Assembly: GCF_009914755.1 (NCBI RefSeq)
Contig: NC_060942.1
Strand: one strand, 5' to 3'
Source of the DNA: the human T2T-CHM13v2.0 reference genome, Homo sapiens
Length of the DNA: 64,000 nucleotides
Positions 11,501 through 25,100 of the stretch are shown one piece after another (position 1 is the first letter of the stretch; every line of letters begins with the position of its first letter). Made by a program: the position numbers and the translations under genes. The notes under the pieces are model-generated. The model did not search any database, was not told the origin of the DNA, and saw nothing but the letters and a program-made list of their open reading frames with translations.

Positions 11501-14500
11501 GAAACTGCTTTCTGATGTTTGCATTCAAGTCAAAAGTTGAACACTCCCTTTCATAGAGCAGTCCTGAAACACTCCTTTTGTAGTATCTGGAACTGGACTT
11601 TTGGAGCGCTTTCAGGGCTAAGGTGAAAAAGGAAATATCTTCCCATAAAAACTGGACAGAAGCATTCTCAGAAACTTGTTTATGCTGTATCTACTCTACT
11701 AAAAAAGTTGAACCTTTCTTTTGATAGAGCAGTTTTGAAATGCTCTTTTTGTGGAATCTGCAAGTGGATATTTGGCTAGATTTGAGGATTTCGTTGGAAG
11801 CTGGAATACATACAAATTGCAGACTGCAGCGTTCTGAGAAACATCTTTGTGATGTTTGTATTCAGGACACAGAGTTGAACATTCCCTATCATAGAGCAGG
11901 TTGGAATCACTCCTTTTGTAGTATCTGGAAGTGGACATTTGGAGCGCTTTCAGGCCTATGTTGAAAAAGGAAATATCTTCCCATAACAACTAGACACAAG
12001 CATTCTCAGAAACTTGTTTGTGATGTGTGCCCTCTACTGACAGAGTTGAACCTTTCTTTTCATAGAGCAGTTTTGAAACACTCTTTTTGTAGAATCTGCA
12101 AGAGGATATTTGCATAGCTTTGAGGATTTCGTGGGAAACGGGATTGTCTTCAGGTAAAATCTAGACAGAAGCATTCTCAGAAACTTCTTTGGGATGTTTG
12201 CATTCAAGTCACAGAGTAGAACATTCCCTTTGGTAGAGCAGGTTTGAAACACTCTTTTTGTAGTATCTGGAAGTGGACATTTGGAGCGCTTTCAGGCCTA
12301 TGTTGGAAAGGGAAATATCTTCCCGTAACAACTAGGCAGAAGCATTCTCAGAAACTTATTTGAGATGTGTGTACTCAACTAAGAGAATTGAACCACCGTT
12401 TTGAAGGAGCAGTTTTGAAACACTCTTTTTCTGGAATCTGCAAGAGGATATTTGCCTAGCCTTGAGGATTTCGTTGGAAACGGGATTGTCTTCAGATCAA
12501 ATCTAGACAGAAGCATTCTCAGAAACTTCTTTGGGATGTTTGCATTCAAGTCACAGAGTAGAACATTCCCTTTGGTAGAGCAGGTTTGAAACACTCTTTT
12601 TTTAGTATATGGAAGTGGACATTTGGAGCGCTTTCAGGCCTACGTTGGAAAAGGAAATATCTTCCCATAACAACTAGACAGAAGCATTCTCAGAAACTAG
12701 TTTCTGATGTGTGTCCTCAACTAACACAGTTGAACATTTCTTTAGACAGAACAGTTTTGAAACTCTCTTTTTGTGGAATCTGCAAGTGGCTATTTGGCTA
12801 GATTTGAGGATTTCGTTGGAAACGGGATTACATATAAAAAGCAGACAGCAGCATTCTCAGAAAGTTCTTTGTGATGATTGCATTCAAGTCACAGAATTGA
12901 ACATTCCCTTTCACAGAGCAGGTTTGAAACACTCTTTTTATAGTGTGTGTAAGTGGACATTTGGAGCACTTTCCGGCCTAAGGTGAAAAAGGAAATATCT
13001 TCCCATAAAAACTAGACAGAAGCATTCTCAGAAACTTACTCGTGATGTGTGTCCTCAACTAAAGGAGTAGAACCTTTGTTTTCATAGAGAAGTTTTGAAA
13101 CGCTCTTTTTGTGGAATCTGCAAGTGGATATTTGGCTAGTTTGGAGGATTTCGTTGGAAGCGGGAATTCATACAAATTGCAGACTGCAGCGTTCTGAGAA
13201 ACATCTTTGTGATGTTTGTATTCAGGACACAGAGTTGAACATTCCCTATCATAGAGCAGGTTTGAATCACTCCTTTTGTAGTATCTGGAAGTGGACATTT
13301 GGAGCGCTTTCAGGCCTATGTTGGAAAAGGAAATATCTTCCCATAACAACTAGACAGAAGCATTCTCAGAAACTTATTTGAGATGTGTGTACTCAACTAA
13401 GAGAATTGAACCACCGTTTTGAAGGAGCAGTTTTGAAACACTCTTTTTCTGGAATCTGCAAGTGGATATTTGGCTAGCTTTGGGGATTTCGCTGGAAGCG
13501 GGAATACATATAAAAAGCACACAGCAGCGTTCTGAGAAACTGCTTTCTGATGTTTGCATTCAAGTCAAAAGTTGAACACTCCCTTTCATAGAGCAGTCCT
13601 GAAACACTCCTTTTGTAGTATCTGGAACTGGACTTTTGGAGCGCTTTCAGGGCTAAGGTGAAAAAGGAAATATCTTCCCATAAAAACTGGACAGAAGCAT
13701 TCTCAGAAACTTGTTTATGCTGTATCTACTCTACTAAAAAAGTTGAACCTTTCTTTTGATAGAGCAGTTTTGAAATGCTCTTTTTGTGGAATCTGCAAGT
13801 GGATATTTGGCTAGATTTGAGGATTTCGTTGGAAGCTGGAATACATACAAATTGCAGACTGCAGCGTTCTGAGAAACATCTTTGTGATGTTTGTATTCAG
13901 GACACAGAGTTGAACATTCCCTATCATAGAGCAGGTTGGAATCACTCCTTTTGTAGTATCTGGAAGTGGACATTTGGAGCGCTTTCAGGCCTATGTTGAA
14001 AAAGGAAATATCTTCCCATAACAACTAGACACAAGCATTCTCAGAAACTTGTTTGTGATGTGTGCCCTCTACTGACAGAGTTGAACCTTTCTTTTCATAG
14101 AGCAGTTTTGAAACACTCTTTTTGTAGAATCTGCAAGAGGATATTTGCATAGCTTTGAGGATTTCGTGGGAAACGGGATTGTCTTCAGGTAAAATCTAGA
14201 CAGAAGCATTCTCAGAAACTTCTTTGGGATGTTTGCATTCAAGTCACAGAGTAGAACATTCCCTTTGGTAGAGCAGGTTTGAAACACTCTTTTTGTAGTA
14301 TCTGGAAGTGGACATTTGGAGCGCTTTCAGGCCTATGTTGGAAAGGGAAATATCTTCCCGTAACAACTAGGCAGAAGCATTCTCAGAAACTTATTTGAGA
14401 TGTGTGTACTCAACTAAGAGAATTGAACCACCGTTTTGAAGGAGCAGTTTTGAAACACTCTTTTTCTGGAATCTGCAAGAGGATATTTGCCTAGCCTTGA

Positions 14501-15732
14501 GGATTTCGTTGGAAACGGGATTGTCTTCAGATCAAATCTAGACAGAAGCATTCTCAGAAACTTCTTTGGGATGTTTGCATTCAAGTCACAGAGTAGAACA
14601 TTCCCTTTGGTAGAGCAGGTTTGAAACACTCTTTTTTTAGTATATGGAAGTGGACATTTGGAGCGCTTTCAGGCCTACGTTGGAAAAGGAAATATCTTCC
14701 CATAACAACTAGACAGAAGCATTCTCAGAAACTAGTTTCTGATGTGTGTCCTCAACTAACACAGTTGAACATTTCTTTAGACAGAACAGTTTTGAAACTC
14801 TCTTTTTGTGGAATCTGCAAGTGGATATTTGGCTAGATTTGAGGATTTCGTTGGAAACGGGATTACATATAAAAAGCAGACAGCAGCATTCTCAGAAAGT
14901 TCTTTGTGATGATTGCATTCAAGTCACAGAATTGAACATTCCCTTTCACAGAGCAGGTTTGAAACACTCTTTTTGTAGTGTGTGTAAGTGGACATTTGGA
15001 GCACTTTCCGGCCTAAGGTGAAAAAGGAAATATCTTCCCATAAAAACTAGACAGAAGCATTCTCAGAAACTTACTCGTGATGTGTGTCCTCAACTAAAGG
15101 AGTAGAACCTTTCTTTTCATAGAGAAGTTTTGAAACGCTCTTTTTGTGGAATCTGCAAGTGGATATTTGGCTAGTTTTGAGGATTTCGTTGGAAGCGGGA
15201 ATTCATACAAATTGCAGACTGCAGCGTTCTGAGAAACATCTTTGTGATGTTTGTATTCAGGACACAGAGTTGAACATTCCCTATCATAGAGCAGGTTTGA
15301 ATCACTCCTTTTGTAGTATCTGGAAGTGGACATTTGGAGCGCTTTCAGGCCTATGTTGGAAAAGGAAATATCTTCCCATAACAACTAGACAGAAGCATTC
15401 TCAGAAACTTATTTGAGATGTGTGTACTCAACTAAGAGAATTGAACCACCGTTTTGAAGGAGCAGTTTTGAAACACTCTTTTTCTGGAATCTGCAAGTGG
15501 ATATTTGGCTAGCTTTGGGGATTTCGCTGGAAGCGGGAATACATATAAAAAGCACACAGCAGCGTTCTGAGAAACTGCTTTCTGATGTTTGCATTCAAGT
15601 CAAAAGTTGAACACTCCCTTTCATAGAGCAGTCCTGAAACACTCCTTTTGTAGTATCTGGAACTGGACTTTTGGAGCGCTTTCAGGGCTAAGGTGAAAAA
15701 GGAAATATCTTCCCATAAAAACTGGACAGAAG
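5558..15732 (+). repeat. Five canonical 12-mer HORs
   Basis: Marker ORFs at 5594, 7629, 9664, 11699, 13734, 15769, spaced exactly 2035 bp. Confidence 0.92.
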
Positions 15733-17425
15733 CATTCTCAGAAACATGTTTATGCTGTATCTACTCTACTAAAAAAGTTGAACCTTTCTTTTGATAGAGC
15801 AGTTTTGAAATGCTCTTTTTGTGGAATCTGCAATTGGATATTTGGCTAGATTTGAGGATTTCGTTGGAAGCTGGAATACATACAAATTGCAGACTGCAGC
15901 GTTCTGAGAAACATCTTTGTGATGTTTGTATTCAGGACACAGAGTTGAACATTCCCTATCATAGAGCAGGTTGGAGTCACTCCTTTTGTAGTATCTGGAA
16001 GTGGACATTTGGAGCGCTTTCAGGCCTATGTTGAAAAAGGAAATATCTTCCCATAACAACTAGACACAAGCATTCTCAGAAACTTGTTTGTGATGTGTGC
16101 CCTCTACTGACAGAGTTGAACCTTTCTTTTCATAGAGCAGTTTTGAAACACTCTTTTTGTAGAATCTGCAAGAGGATATTTGCATAGCTTTGAGGATTTC
16201 GTGGGAAACGGGATTGTCTTCAGGTAAAATCTAGACAGAAGCATTCTCAGAAACTTCTTTGGGATGTTTGCATTCAAGTCACAGAGTAGAACATTCCCTT
16301 TGGTAGAGCAGGTTTGAAACACTCCTTTTGTAGTATCTGGAAGTGGACATTTGGAGCGCTTTCAGGCCTACGTTGGAAAAGGAAATATCTTCCCATAACA
16401 ACTAGACAGAAGCATTCTCAGAAACTAGTTTCTGATGTGTGTCCTCAACTAACACAGTTGAACATTTCTTTAGACAGAACAGTTTTGAAACACTCTTTTT
16501 GTGGAATCTGCAAGTGGCTATTTGGCTAGATTTGAGGATTTCGTTGGAAACGGGATTACATATAAAAAGCAGACAGCAGCATTCTCAGAAAGTTCTTTGT
16601 GATGATTGCATTCAAGTCACAGAATTGAACATTCCCTTTCACAGAGCAGGTTTGAAACACTCTTTTTGTAGTGTGTGTAAGTGGACATTTGGAGCACTTT
16701 CCGGCCTAAGGTGAAAAAGGAAATATCTTCCCATAAAAACTAGACAGAAGCATTCTCAGAAACTTACTCGTGATGTGTGTCCTCAACTAAAGGAGTAGAA
16801 CCTTTCTTTTCATAGAGAAGTTTTGAAACGCTCTTTTTGTGGAATCTGCAAGTGGATATTTGGCTAGTTTGGAGGATTTCGTTGGAAGCGGGAATTCATA
16901 CAAATTGCAGACTGCAGCGTTCTGAGAAACATCTTTGTGATGTTTGTATTCAGGACACAGAGTTGAACATTCCCTATCATAGAGCAGGTTGGAATCACTC
17001 CTTTTGTAGTATCTGGAAGTGGACATTTGGAGCGCTTTCAGGCCTATGTTGGAAAAGGAAATATCTTCCCATAACAACTAGACAGAAGCATTCTCAGAAA
17101 CTTATTTGAGATGTGTGTACTCAACTAAGAGAATTGAACCACCGTTTTGAAGGAGCAGTTTTGAAACACTCTTTTTCTGGAATCTGCAAGTGGATATTTG
17201 GCTAGCTTTGGGGACTTCGCTGGAGGCGGGAATACATATAAAAAGCACACAGCAGCGTTCTGAGAAACTGCTTTCTGATGTTTGCATTCAAGTCAAAAGT
17301 TGAACACTCCCTTTCATAGAGCAGTCCTGAAACACTCCTTTTGTAGTATCTGGAACTGGACTTTTGGAGCGCTTTCAGGGCTAAGGTGAAAAAGGAAATA
17401 TCTTCCCATAAAAACTGGACAGAAG
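15733..17425 (+). repeat. 10-mer HOR variant (A-B/C hybrid-D-E-F, 1693 bp)
   Basis: Spacing 17462-15769=1693=2035-342. B is followed directly by D; the hybrid monomer has B-type tagtatctgg then C-type cctacgttggaaaagg (~16331-16382). Confidence 0.92.
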
Positions 17426-19460
17426 CATTCTCAGAAACTTGTTTATGCTGTATCTACTCAACTAACAAAGTTGAACCTTTCTTTTGATAGAGCAGTTTTG
17501 AAATGCTCTTTTTGTGGAATCTGCAAGTGGATATTTGGCTAGTTTTGAGGATTTCGTTGGAAGCGGGAATTCATACAAATTGCAGACTGCAGCGTTCTGA
17601 GAAACATCTTTGTGGTGTTTGTATTCAGGACAGAGAGTTGAACATTCCCTATCATAGAGCAGGTTGGAATCACTCCTTTTGTAGTATCTGGAAGTGGACA
17701 TTTGGAGCGCTTTCAGGCCTATGTTGAAAAAGGAAATATCTTCCCATAACAACTAGACACAAGCATTCTCAGAAACTTGTTTGTGATGTGTGCCCTCTAC
17801 TGACAGAGTTGAACCTCTCTTTTCATAGAGCAGTTTTGAAACACTCTTTTTGTAGAATCTGCAAGAGGATATTTGCATAGCTTTGAGGATTTCGTGGGAA
17901 ACGGGATTGTCTTCAGGTAAAATCTAGACAGAAGCATTCTCAGAAACTTCTTTGGGATGTTTGCATTCAAGTCACAGAGTAGAACATTCCCTTTGGTAGA
18001 GCAGGTTTGAAACACTCTTTTTGTAGTATCTGGAAGTGGACATTTGGAGCGCTTTCAGGCCTATGTTGGAAAGGGAAATATCTTCCCGTAACAACTAGGC
18101 AGAAGCATTCTCAGAAACTTATTTGAGATGTGTGTACTCAACTAAGAGAATTGAACCACCGTTTTGAAGGAGCAGTTTTGAAACACTCTTTTTCTGGAAT
18201 CTGCAAGAGGATATTTGCCTAGCCTTGAGGATTTCGTTGGAAACGGGATTGTCTTCAGATCAAATCTAGACAGAAGCATTCTCAGAAACTTCTTTGGGAT
18301 GTTTGCATTCAAGTCACAGAGTAGAACATTCCCTTTGGTAGAGCAGGTTTGAAACACTCTTTTTTTAGTATATGGAAGTGGACATTTGGAGCGCTTTCAG
18401 GCCTACGTTGGAAAAGGAAATATCTTCCCATAACAACTAGACAGAAGCATTCTCAGAAACTAGTTTCTGATGTGTGTCCTCAACTAACACAGTTGAACAT
18501 TTCTTTAGACAGAACAGTTTTGAAACTCTCTTTTTGTGGAATCTGCAAGTGGCTATTTGGCTAGATTTGAGGATTTCGTTGGAAACGGGATTACATATAA
18601 AAAGCAGACAGCAGCATTCTCAGAAAGTTCCTTGTGATGATTGCATTCAAGTCACAGAATTGAACATTCCCTTTCACAGAGCAGGTTTGAAACACTCTTT
18701 TTATAGTGTGTGTAAGTGGACATTTGGAGCACTTTCCGGCCTAAGGTGAAAAAGGAAATATCTTCCCATAAAAACTAGACAGAAGCATTCTCAGAAACTT
18801 ACTCGTGATGTGTGTCCTCAACTAAAGGAGTAGAACCTTTGTTTTCATAGAGAAGTTTTGAAACGCTCTTTTTGTGGAATCTGCAAGTGGATATTTGGCT
18901 AGTTTGGAGGATTTCGTTGGAAGCGGGAATTCATACAAATTGCAGACTGCAGCGTTCTGAGAAACATCTTTGTGATGTTTGTATTCAGGACACAGAGTTG
19001 AACATTCCCTATCATAGAGCAGGTTTGAATCACTCCTTTTGTAGTATCTGGAAGTGGACATTTGGAGCGCTTTCAGGCCTATGTTGGAAAAGGAAATATC
19101 TTCCCATAACAACTAGACAGAAGCATTCTCAGAAACTTATTTGAGATGTGTGTACTCAACTAAGAGAATTGAACCACCGTTTTGAAGGAGCAGTTTTGAA
19201 ACACTCTTTTTCTGGAATCTGCAAGTGGATATTTGGCTAGCTTTGGGGACTTCGCTGGAGGCGGGAATACATATAAAAAGCACACAGCAGCGTTCTGAGA
19301 AACTGCTTTCTGATGTTTGCATTCAAGTCAAAAGTTGAACACTCCCTTTCATAGAGCAGTCCTGAAACACTCCTTTTGTAGTATCTGGAACTGGACTTTT
19401 GGAGCGCTTTCAGGGCTAAGGTGAAAAAGGAAATATCTTCCCATAAAAACTGGACAGAAG

Positions 19461-22170
19461 CATTCTCAGAAACTTGTTTATGCTGTATCTACTCAACTAA
19501 CAAATTTGAACCTTTCTTTTGATAGAGCAGTTTTGAAATGCTCTTTTTGTGGAATCTGCAAGTGGATATTTGGCTAGTTTTGAGGATTTCGTTGGAAGCG
19601 GGAATTCATACAAATTGCAGACTGCAGCGTTCTGAGAAACATCTTTGTGGTGTTTGTATTCAGGACAGAGAGTTGAACATTCCCTATCATAGAGCAGGTT
19701 GGAATCACTCCTTTTGTAGTATCTGGAAGTGGACATTTGGAGCGCTTTCAGGCCTATGTTGAAAAAGGAAATATCTTCCCATAACAACTAGACACAAGCA
19801 TTCTCAGAAACTTGTTTGTGATGTGTGCCCTCTACTGACAGAGTTGAACCTTTCTTTTCATAGAGCAGTTTTGAAACACTCTTTTTGTAGAATCTGCAAG
19901 AGGATATTTGCATAGCTTTGAGGATTTCGTGGGAAACGGGATTGTCTTCAGGTAAAATCTAGACAGAAGCATTCTCAGAAACTTCTTTGGGATGTTTGCA
20001 TTCAAGTCACAGAGTAGAACATTCCCTTTGGTAGAGCAGGTTTGAAACACTCTTTTTGTAGTGTCTGGAAGTGGACATTTGGAGCGCTTTCAGGCCTATG
20101 TTGGAAAGGGAAATATCTTCCCGTAACAACTAGGCAGAAGCATTCTCAGAAACTTATTTGAGATGTGTGTACTCAACTAAGAGAATTGAACCACCGTTTT
20201 GAAGGAGCAGTTTTGAAACACTCTTTTTCTGGAATCTGCAAGAGGATATTTGCCTAGCCTTGAGGATTTCGTTGGAAACGGGATTGTCTTCAGATCAAAT
20301 CTAGACAGAAGCATTCTCAGAAACTTCTTTGGGATGTTTGCATTCAAGTCACAGAGTAGAACATTCCCTTTGGTAGAGCAGGTTTGAAACACTCTTTTTT
20401 TAGTATATGGAAGTGGACATTTGGAGCGCTTTCAGGCCTACGTTGGAAAAGGAAATATCTTCCCATAACAACTAGACAGAAGCATTCTCAGAAACTAGTT
20501 TCTGATGTGTGTCCTCAACTAACACAGTTGAACATTTCTTTAGACAGAACAGTTTTGAAACTCTCTTTTTGTGGAATCTGCAAGTGGCTATTTGGCTAGA
20601 TTTGAGGATTTCGTTGGAAACGGGATTACATATAAAAAGCAGACAGCAGCATTCTCAGAAAGTTCTTTGTGATGATTGCATTCAAGTCACAGAATTGAAC
20701 ATTCCCTTTCACAGAGCAGGTTTGAAACACTCTTTTTATAGTGTGTGTAAGTGGACATTTGGAGCACTTTCCGGCCTAAGGTGAAAAAGGAAATATCTTC
20801 CCATAAAAACTAGACAGAAGCATTCTCAGAAACTTACTCGTGATGTGTGTCCTCAACTAAAGGAGTAGAACCTTTGTTTTCATAGAGAAGTTTTGAAACG
20901 CTCTTTTTGTGGAATCTGCAAGTGGATATTTGGCTAGTTTGGAGGATTTCGTTGGAAGCGGGAATTCATACAAATTGCAGACTGCAGCGTTCTGAGAAAC
21001 ATCTTTGTGATGTTTGTATTCAGGACACAGAGTTGAACATTCCCTATCATAGAGCAGGTTTGAATCACTCCTTTTGTAGTATCTGGAAGTGGACATTTGG
21101 AGCGCTTTCAGGCCTATGTTGGAAAAGGAAATATCTTCCCATAACAACTAGAGAGAAGCATTCTCAGAAACTTATTTGAGATGTGTGTACTCAACTAAGA
21201 GAATTGAACCACCGTTTTGAAGGAGCAGTTTTGAAACACTCTTTTTCTGGAATCTGCAAGTGGATATTTGGCTAGCTTTGGGGATTTCGCTGGAAGCGGG
21301 AATACATATAAAAAGCACACAGCAGCGTTCTGAGAAACTGCTTTCTGATGTTTGCATTCAAGTCAAAAGTTGAACACTCCCTTTCATAGAGCAGTCCTGA
21401 AACACTCCTTTTGTAGTATCTGGAACTGGACTTTTGGAGCGCTTTCAGGGCTAAGGTGAAAAAGGAAATATCTTCCCATAAAAACTGGAGAGAATCATTC
21501 TCAGAAACTTGTTTATGCTGTATCTACTCAACTAACATAGTTGAACCTTTCTTTTGATAGAGCAGTTTTGAAATGCTCTTTTTGTGGAATCTGCAAGTGG
21601 ATATTTGGCTAGTTTGGAGGATTTCGTTGGAAGCGGGAATTCATACAAATTGCAGACTGCAGCGTTCTGAGAAACATCTTTGTGATGTTTGTATTCAGGA
21701 CACAGAGTTGAACATTCCCTATCATAGAGCAGGTTTGAATCACTCCTTTTGTAGTATCTGGAAGTGGACATTTGGAGCGCTTTCAGGCCTATGTTGGAAA
21801 AGGAAATATCTTCCCATAACAACTAGACAGAAGCATTCTCAGAAACTTATTTGAGATGTGTGTACTCAACTAAGAGAATTGAACCACCGTTTTGAAGGAG
21901 CAGTTTTGAAACACTCTTTTCCTGGAATCTGCAAGTGGATATTTGGCTAGCTTTGGGGATTTCGCTGGAAGCGGGAATACATATAAAAAGCACACAGCAG
22001 CGTTCTGAGAAACTGCTTTCTGATGTTTGCATTCAAGTCAAAAGTTGAACACTCCCTTTCATAGTGCAGTCCTGAAACACTCCTTTTGTAGTATCTGGAA
22101 CTGGACTTTTGGAGCGCTTTCAGGGCTAAGGTGAGAAAGGAAATATCTTCCCATAAAAACTGGACAGAAG
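19461..22170 (+). repeat. 16-mer HOR variant, copy 3
   Basis: Spacing 22207-19497=2710; extra A/E+F tetramer at 21496-22170. Confidence 0.9.
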
Positions 22171-25100
22171 CATTCTCAGAAACTTGTTTATGCTGTATCT
22201 ACTCAACTAACAAAGTTGAACCTTTCTTTTGATAGAGCAGTTTTGAAATGCTCTTTTTGTGGAATCTGCAAGTGGATATTTGGCTAGTTTTGAGGATTTC
22301 GTTGGAAGCGGGAATTCATACAAATTGCAGACTGCAGCGTTCTGAGAAACATCTTTGTGATGTTTGTATTCAGGACAGAGAGTTGAACATTCCCTATCAT
22401 AGAGCAGGTTGGAATCACTCCTTTTGTAGTATCTGGAAGTGGACATTTGGAGCGCTTTCAGGCCTATGTTGAAAAAGGAAATATCTTCCCATAACAACTA
22501 GACACAAGCATTCTCAGAAACTTGTTTGTGATGTGTGCCCTCTAGTGACAAAGTTGAACCTTTCTTTTCATAGAGCAGTTTTGAAACACTCTTTTTGTAG
22601 AATCTGCAAGAGGATATTTGCATAGCTTTGAGGATTTCGTGGGAAACGGGATTGTCTTCAGGTAAAATCTAGACAGAAGCATTCTCAGAAACTTCTTTGG
22701 GATGTTTGCATTCAAGTCACAGAGTAGAACATTCCCTTTGGTAGAGCAGGTTTGAAACACTCTTTTTGTAGTATCTGGAAGTGGACATTTGGAGCGCTTT
22801 CAGGCCTATGTTGGAAAGGGAAATATCTTCCCGTAACAACTAGGCAGAAGCATTCTCAGAAACTTATTTGAGATGTGTGTACTCAACTAAGAGAATTGAA
22901 CCACCGTTTTGAAGGAGCAGTTTTGAAACACTCTTTTTCTGGAATCTGCAAGAGGATATTTGCCTAGCCTTGAGGATTTCGTTGGAAACGGGATTGTCTT
23001 CAGATCAAATCTAGACAGAAGCATTCTCAGAAACTTCTTTGGGATGTTTGCATTCAAGTCACAGAGTAGAACATTCCCTTTGGTAGAGCAGGTTTGAAAC
23101 ACTCTTTTTTTAGTATATGGAAGTGGACATTTGGAGCGCTTTCAGGCCTACGTTGGAAAAGGAAATATCTTCCCATAACAACTAGACAGAAGCATTCTCA
23201 GAAACTAGTTTCTGATGTGTGTCCTCAACTAACACAGTTGAACATTTCTTTAGACAGAACAGTTTTGAAACACTCTTTTTGTGGAATCTGCAAGTGGCTA
23301 TTTGGCTAGATTTGAGGATTTCGTTGGAAACGGGATTACATATAAAAAGCAGACAGCAGCATTCTCAGAAAGTTCTTTGTGATGATTGCATTCAAGTCAC
23401 AGAATTGAACATTCCCTTTCACAGAGCAGGTTTGAAACACTCTTTTTGCAGTGTGTGTAAGTGGACATTTGGAGCACTTTCCGGCCTAAGGTGAAAAAGG
23501 AAATATCTTCCCATAAAAACTAGACAGAAGCACTCTCAGAAACTTACTCGTGATGTGTGTCCTCAACTAAAGGAGTAGAACCTTTCTTTTCATAGAGAAG
23601 TTTTGAAACGCTCTTTTTGTGGAATCTGCAAGTGGATATTTGGCTAGTTTTGAGGATTTCGTTGGAAGCGGGAATTCATACAAATTGCAGACTGCAGCGT
23701 TCTGAGAAACATCTTTGTGATGTTTGTATTCAGGACACAGAGTTGAACATTCCCTATCATAGAGCAGGTTTGAATCACTCCTTTTGTAGTATCTGGAAGT
23801 GGACATTTGGAGCGCTTTCAGGCCTATGTTGGAAAAGGAAATATCTTCCCATAACAACTAGACAGAAGCATTCTCAGAAACTTATTTGAGATGTGTGTAC
23901 TCAACTAAGAGAATTAAACCACCGTTTTGAAGGAGCAGTTTTGAAACACTCTTTTTCTGGAATCTGCAAGTGGATATTTGGCTAGCTTTGGGGATTTCGC
24001 TGGAAGCGGGAATACATATAAAAAGCACACAGCAGCGTTCTGAGAAACTGCTTTCTGATGTTTGCATTCAAGTCAAAAGTTGAACACTCCCTTTCATAGT
24101 GCAGTCCTGAAACACTCCTTTTGTAGTATCTGGAACTGGACTTTTGGAGCGCTTTCAGGGCTAAGGTGAAAAAGGAAATATCTTCCCATAAAAACTGGAC
24201 AGAAGCATTCTCAGAAACTTGTTTATGCTGTATCTACTCAACTAACAAAGTTGAACCTTTCTTTTGATAGAGCAGTTTTGAAATGCTCTTTTTGTGGAAT
24301 CTGCAAGTGGATATTTGGCTAGTTTTGAGGATTTCGTTGGAAGCGGGAATTCATACAAATTGCAGACTGCAGCGTTCTGAGAAACATCTTTGTGATGTTT
24401 GTATTCAGGACAGAGAATTGAACATTCCCTATCATAGAGCAGGTTGGAATCACTCCTTTTGTAGTATCTGGAAGTGGACATTTGGAGCGCTTTCAGGCCT
24501 ATGTTGAAAAAGGAAATATCTTCCCATAACAACTAGACACAAGCATTCTCAGAAACCTGTTTGTGATGTGTGCCCTCTACTGACAGAGTTGAACCTTTCT
24601 TTTCATAGAGCAGTTTTGAAACACTCTTTTTGTAGAATCTGCAAGAGGATATTTGCATAGCTTTGAGGATTTCGTGGGAAACGGGATTGTCTTCAGGTAA
24701 AATCTAGACAGAAGCATTCTCAGAAACTTCTTTGGGATGTTTGCATTCAAGTCACAGAGTAGAACATTCCCTTTGGTAGAGCAGGTTTGAAACACTCTTT
24801 TTGTAGTATCTGGAAGTGGACATTTGGAGCGCTTTCAGGCCTATGTTGGAAAGGGAAATATCTTCCCGTAACAACTAGGCAGAAGCATTCTCAGAAACTT
24901 ATTTGAGATGTGTGTACTCAACTAAGAGAATTGAACCACCGTTTTGAAGGAGCAGTTTTGAAACACTCTTTTTCTGGAATCTGCAAGAGGATATTTGCCT
25001 AGCCTTGAGGATTTCGTTGGAAACGGGATTGTCTTCAGATCAAATCTAGACAGAAGCATTCTCAGAAACTTCTTTGGGATGTTTGCATTCAAGTCACAGA

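Noticed and set aside
17214-17231. Variant boxes such as CTTCGCTGGAGGCGGGA, TTTCGTTGGAATCGGGA (~37224) and ATTCGTGGGAAACGGGA (~54863) as disrupted sites
   Set aside because: The changes fall outside the nine core positions (TTCG, A, CGGG), so they were not counted as lost boxes.
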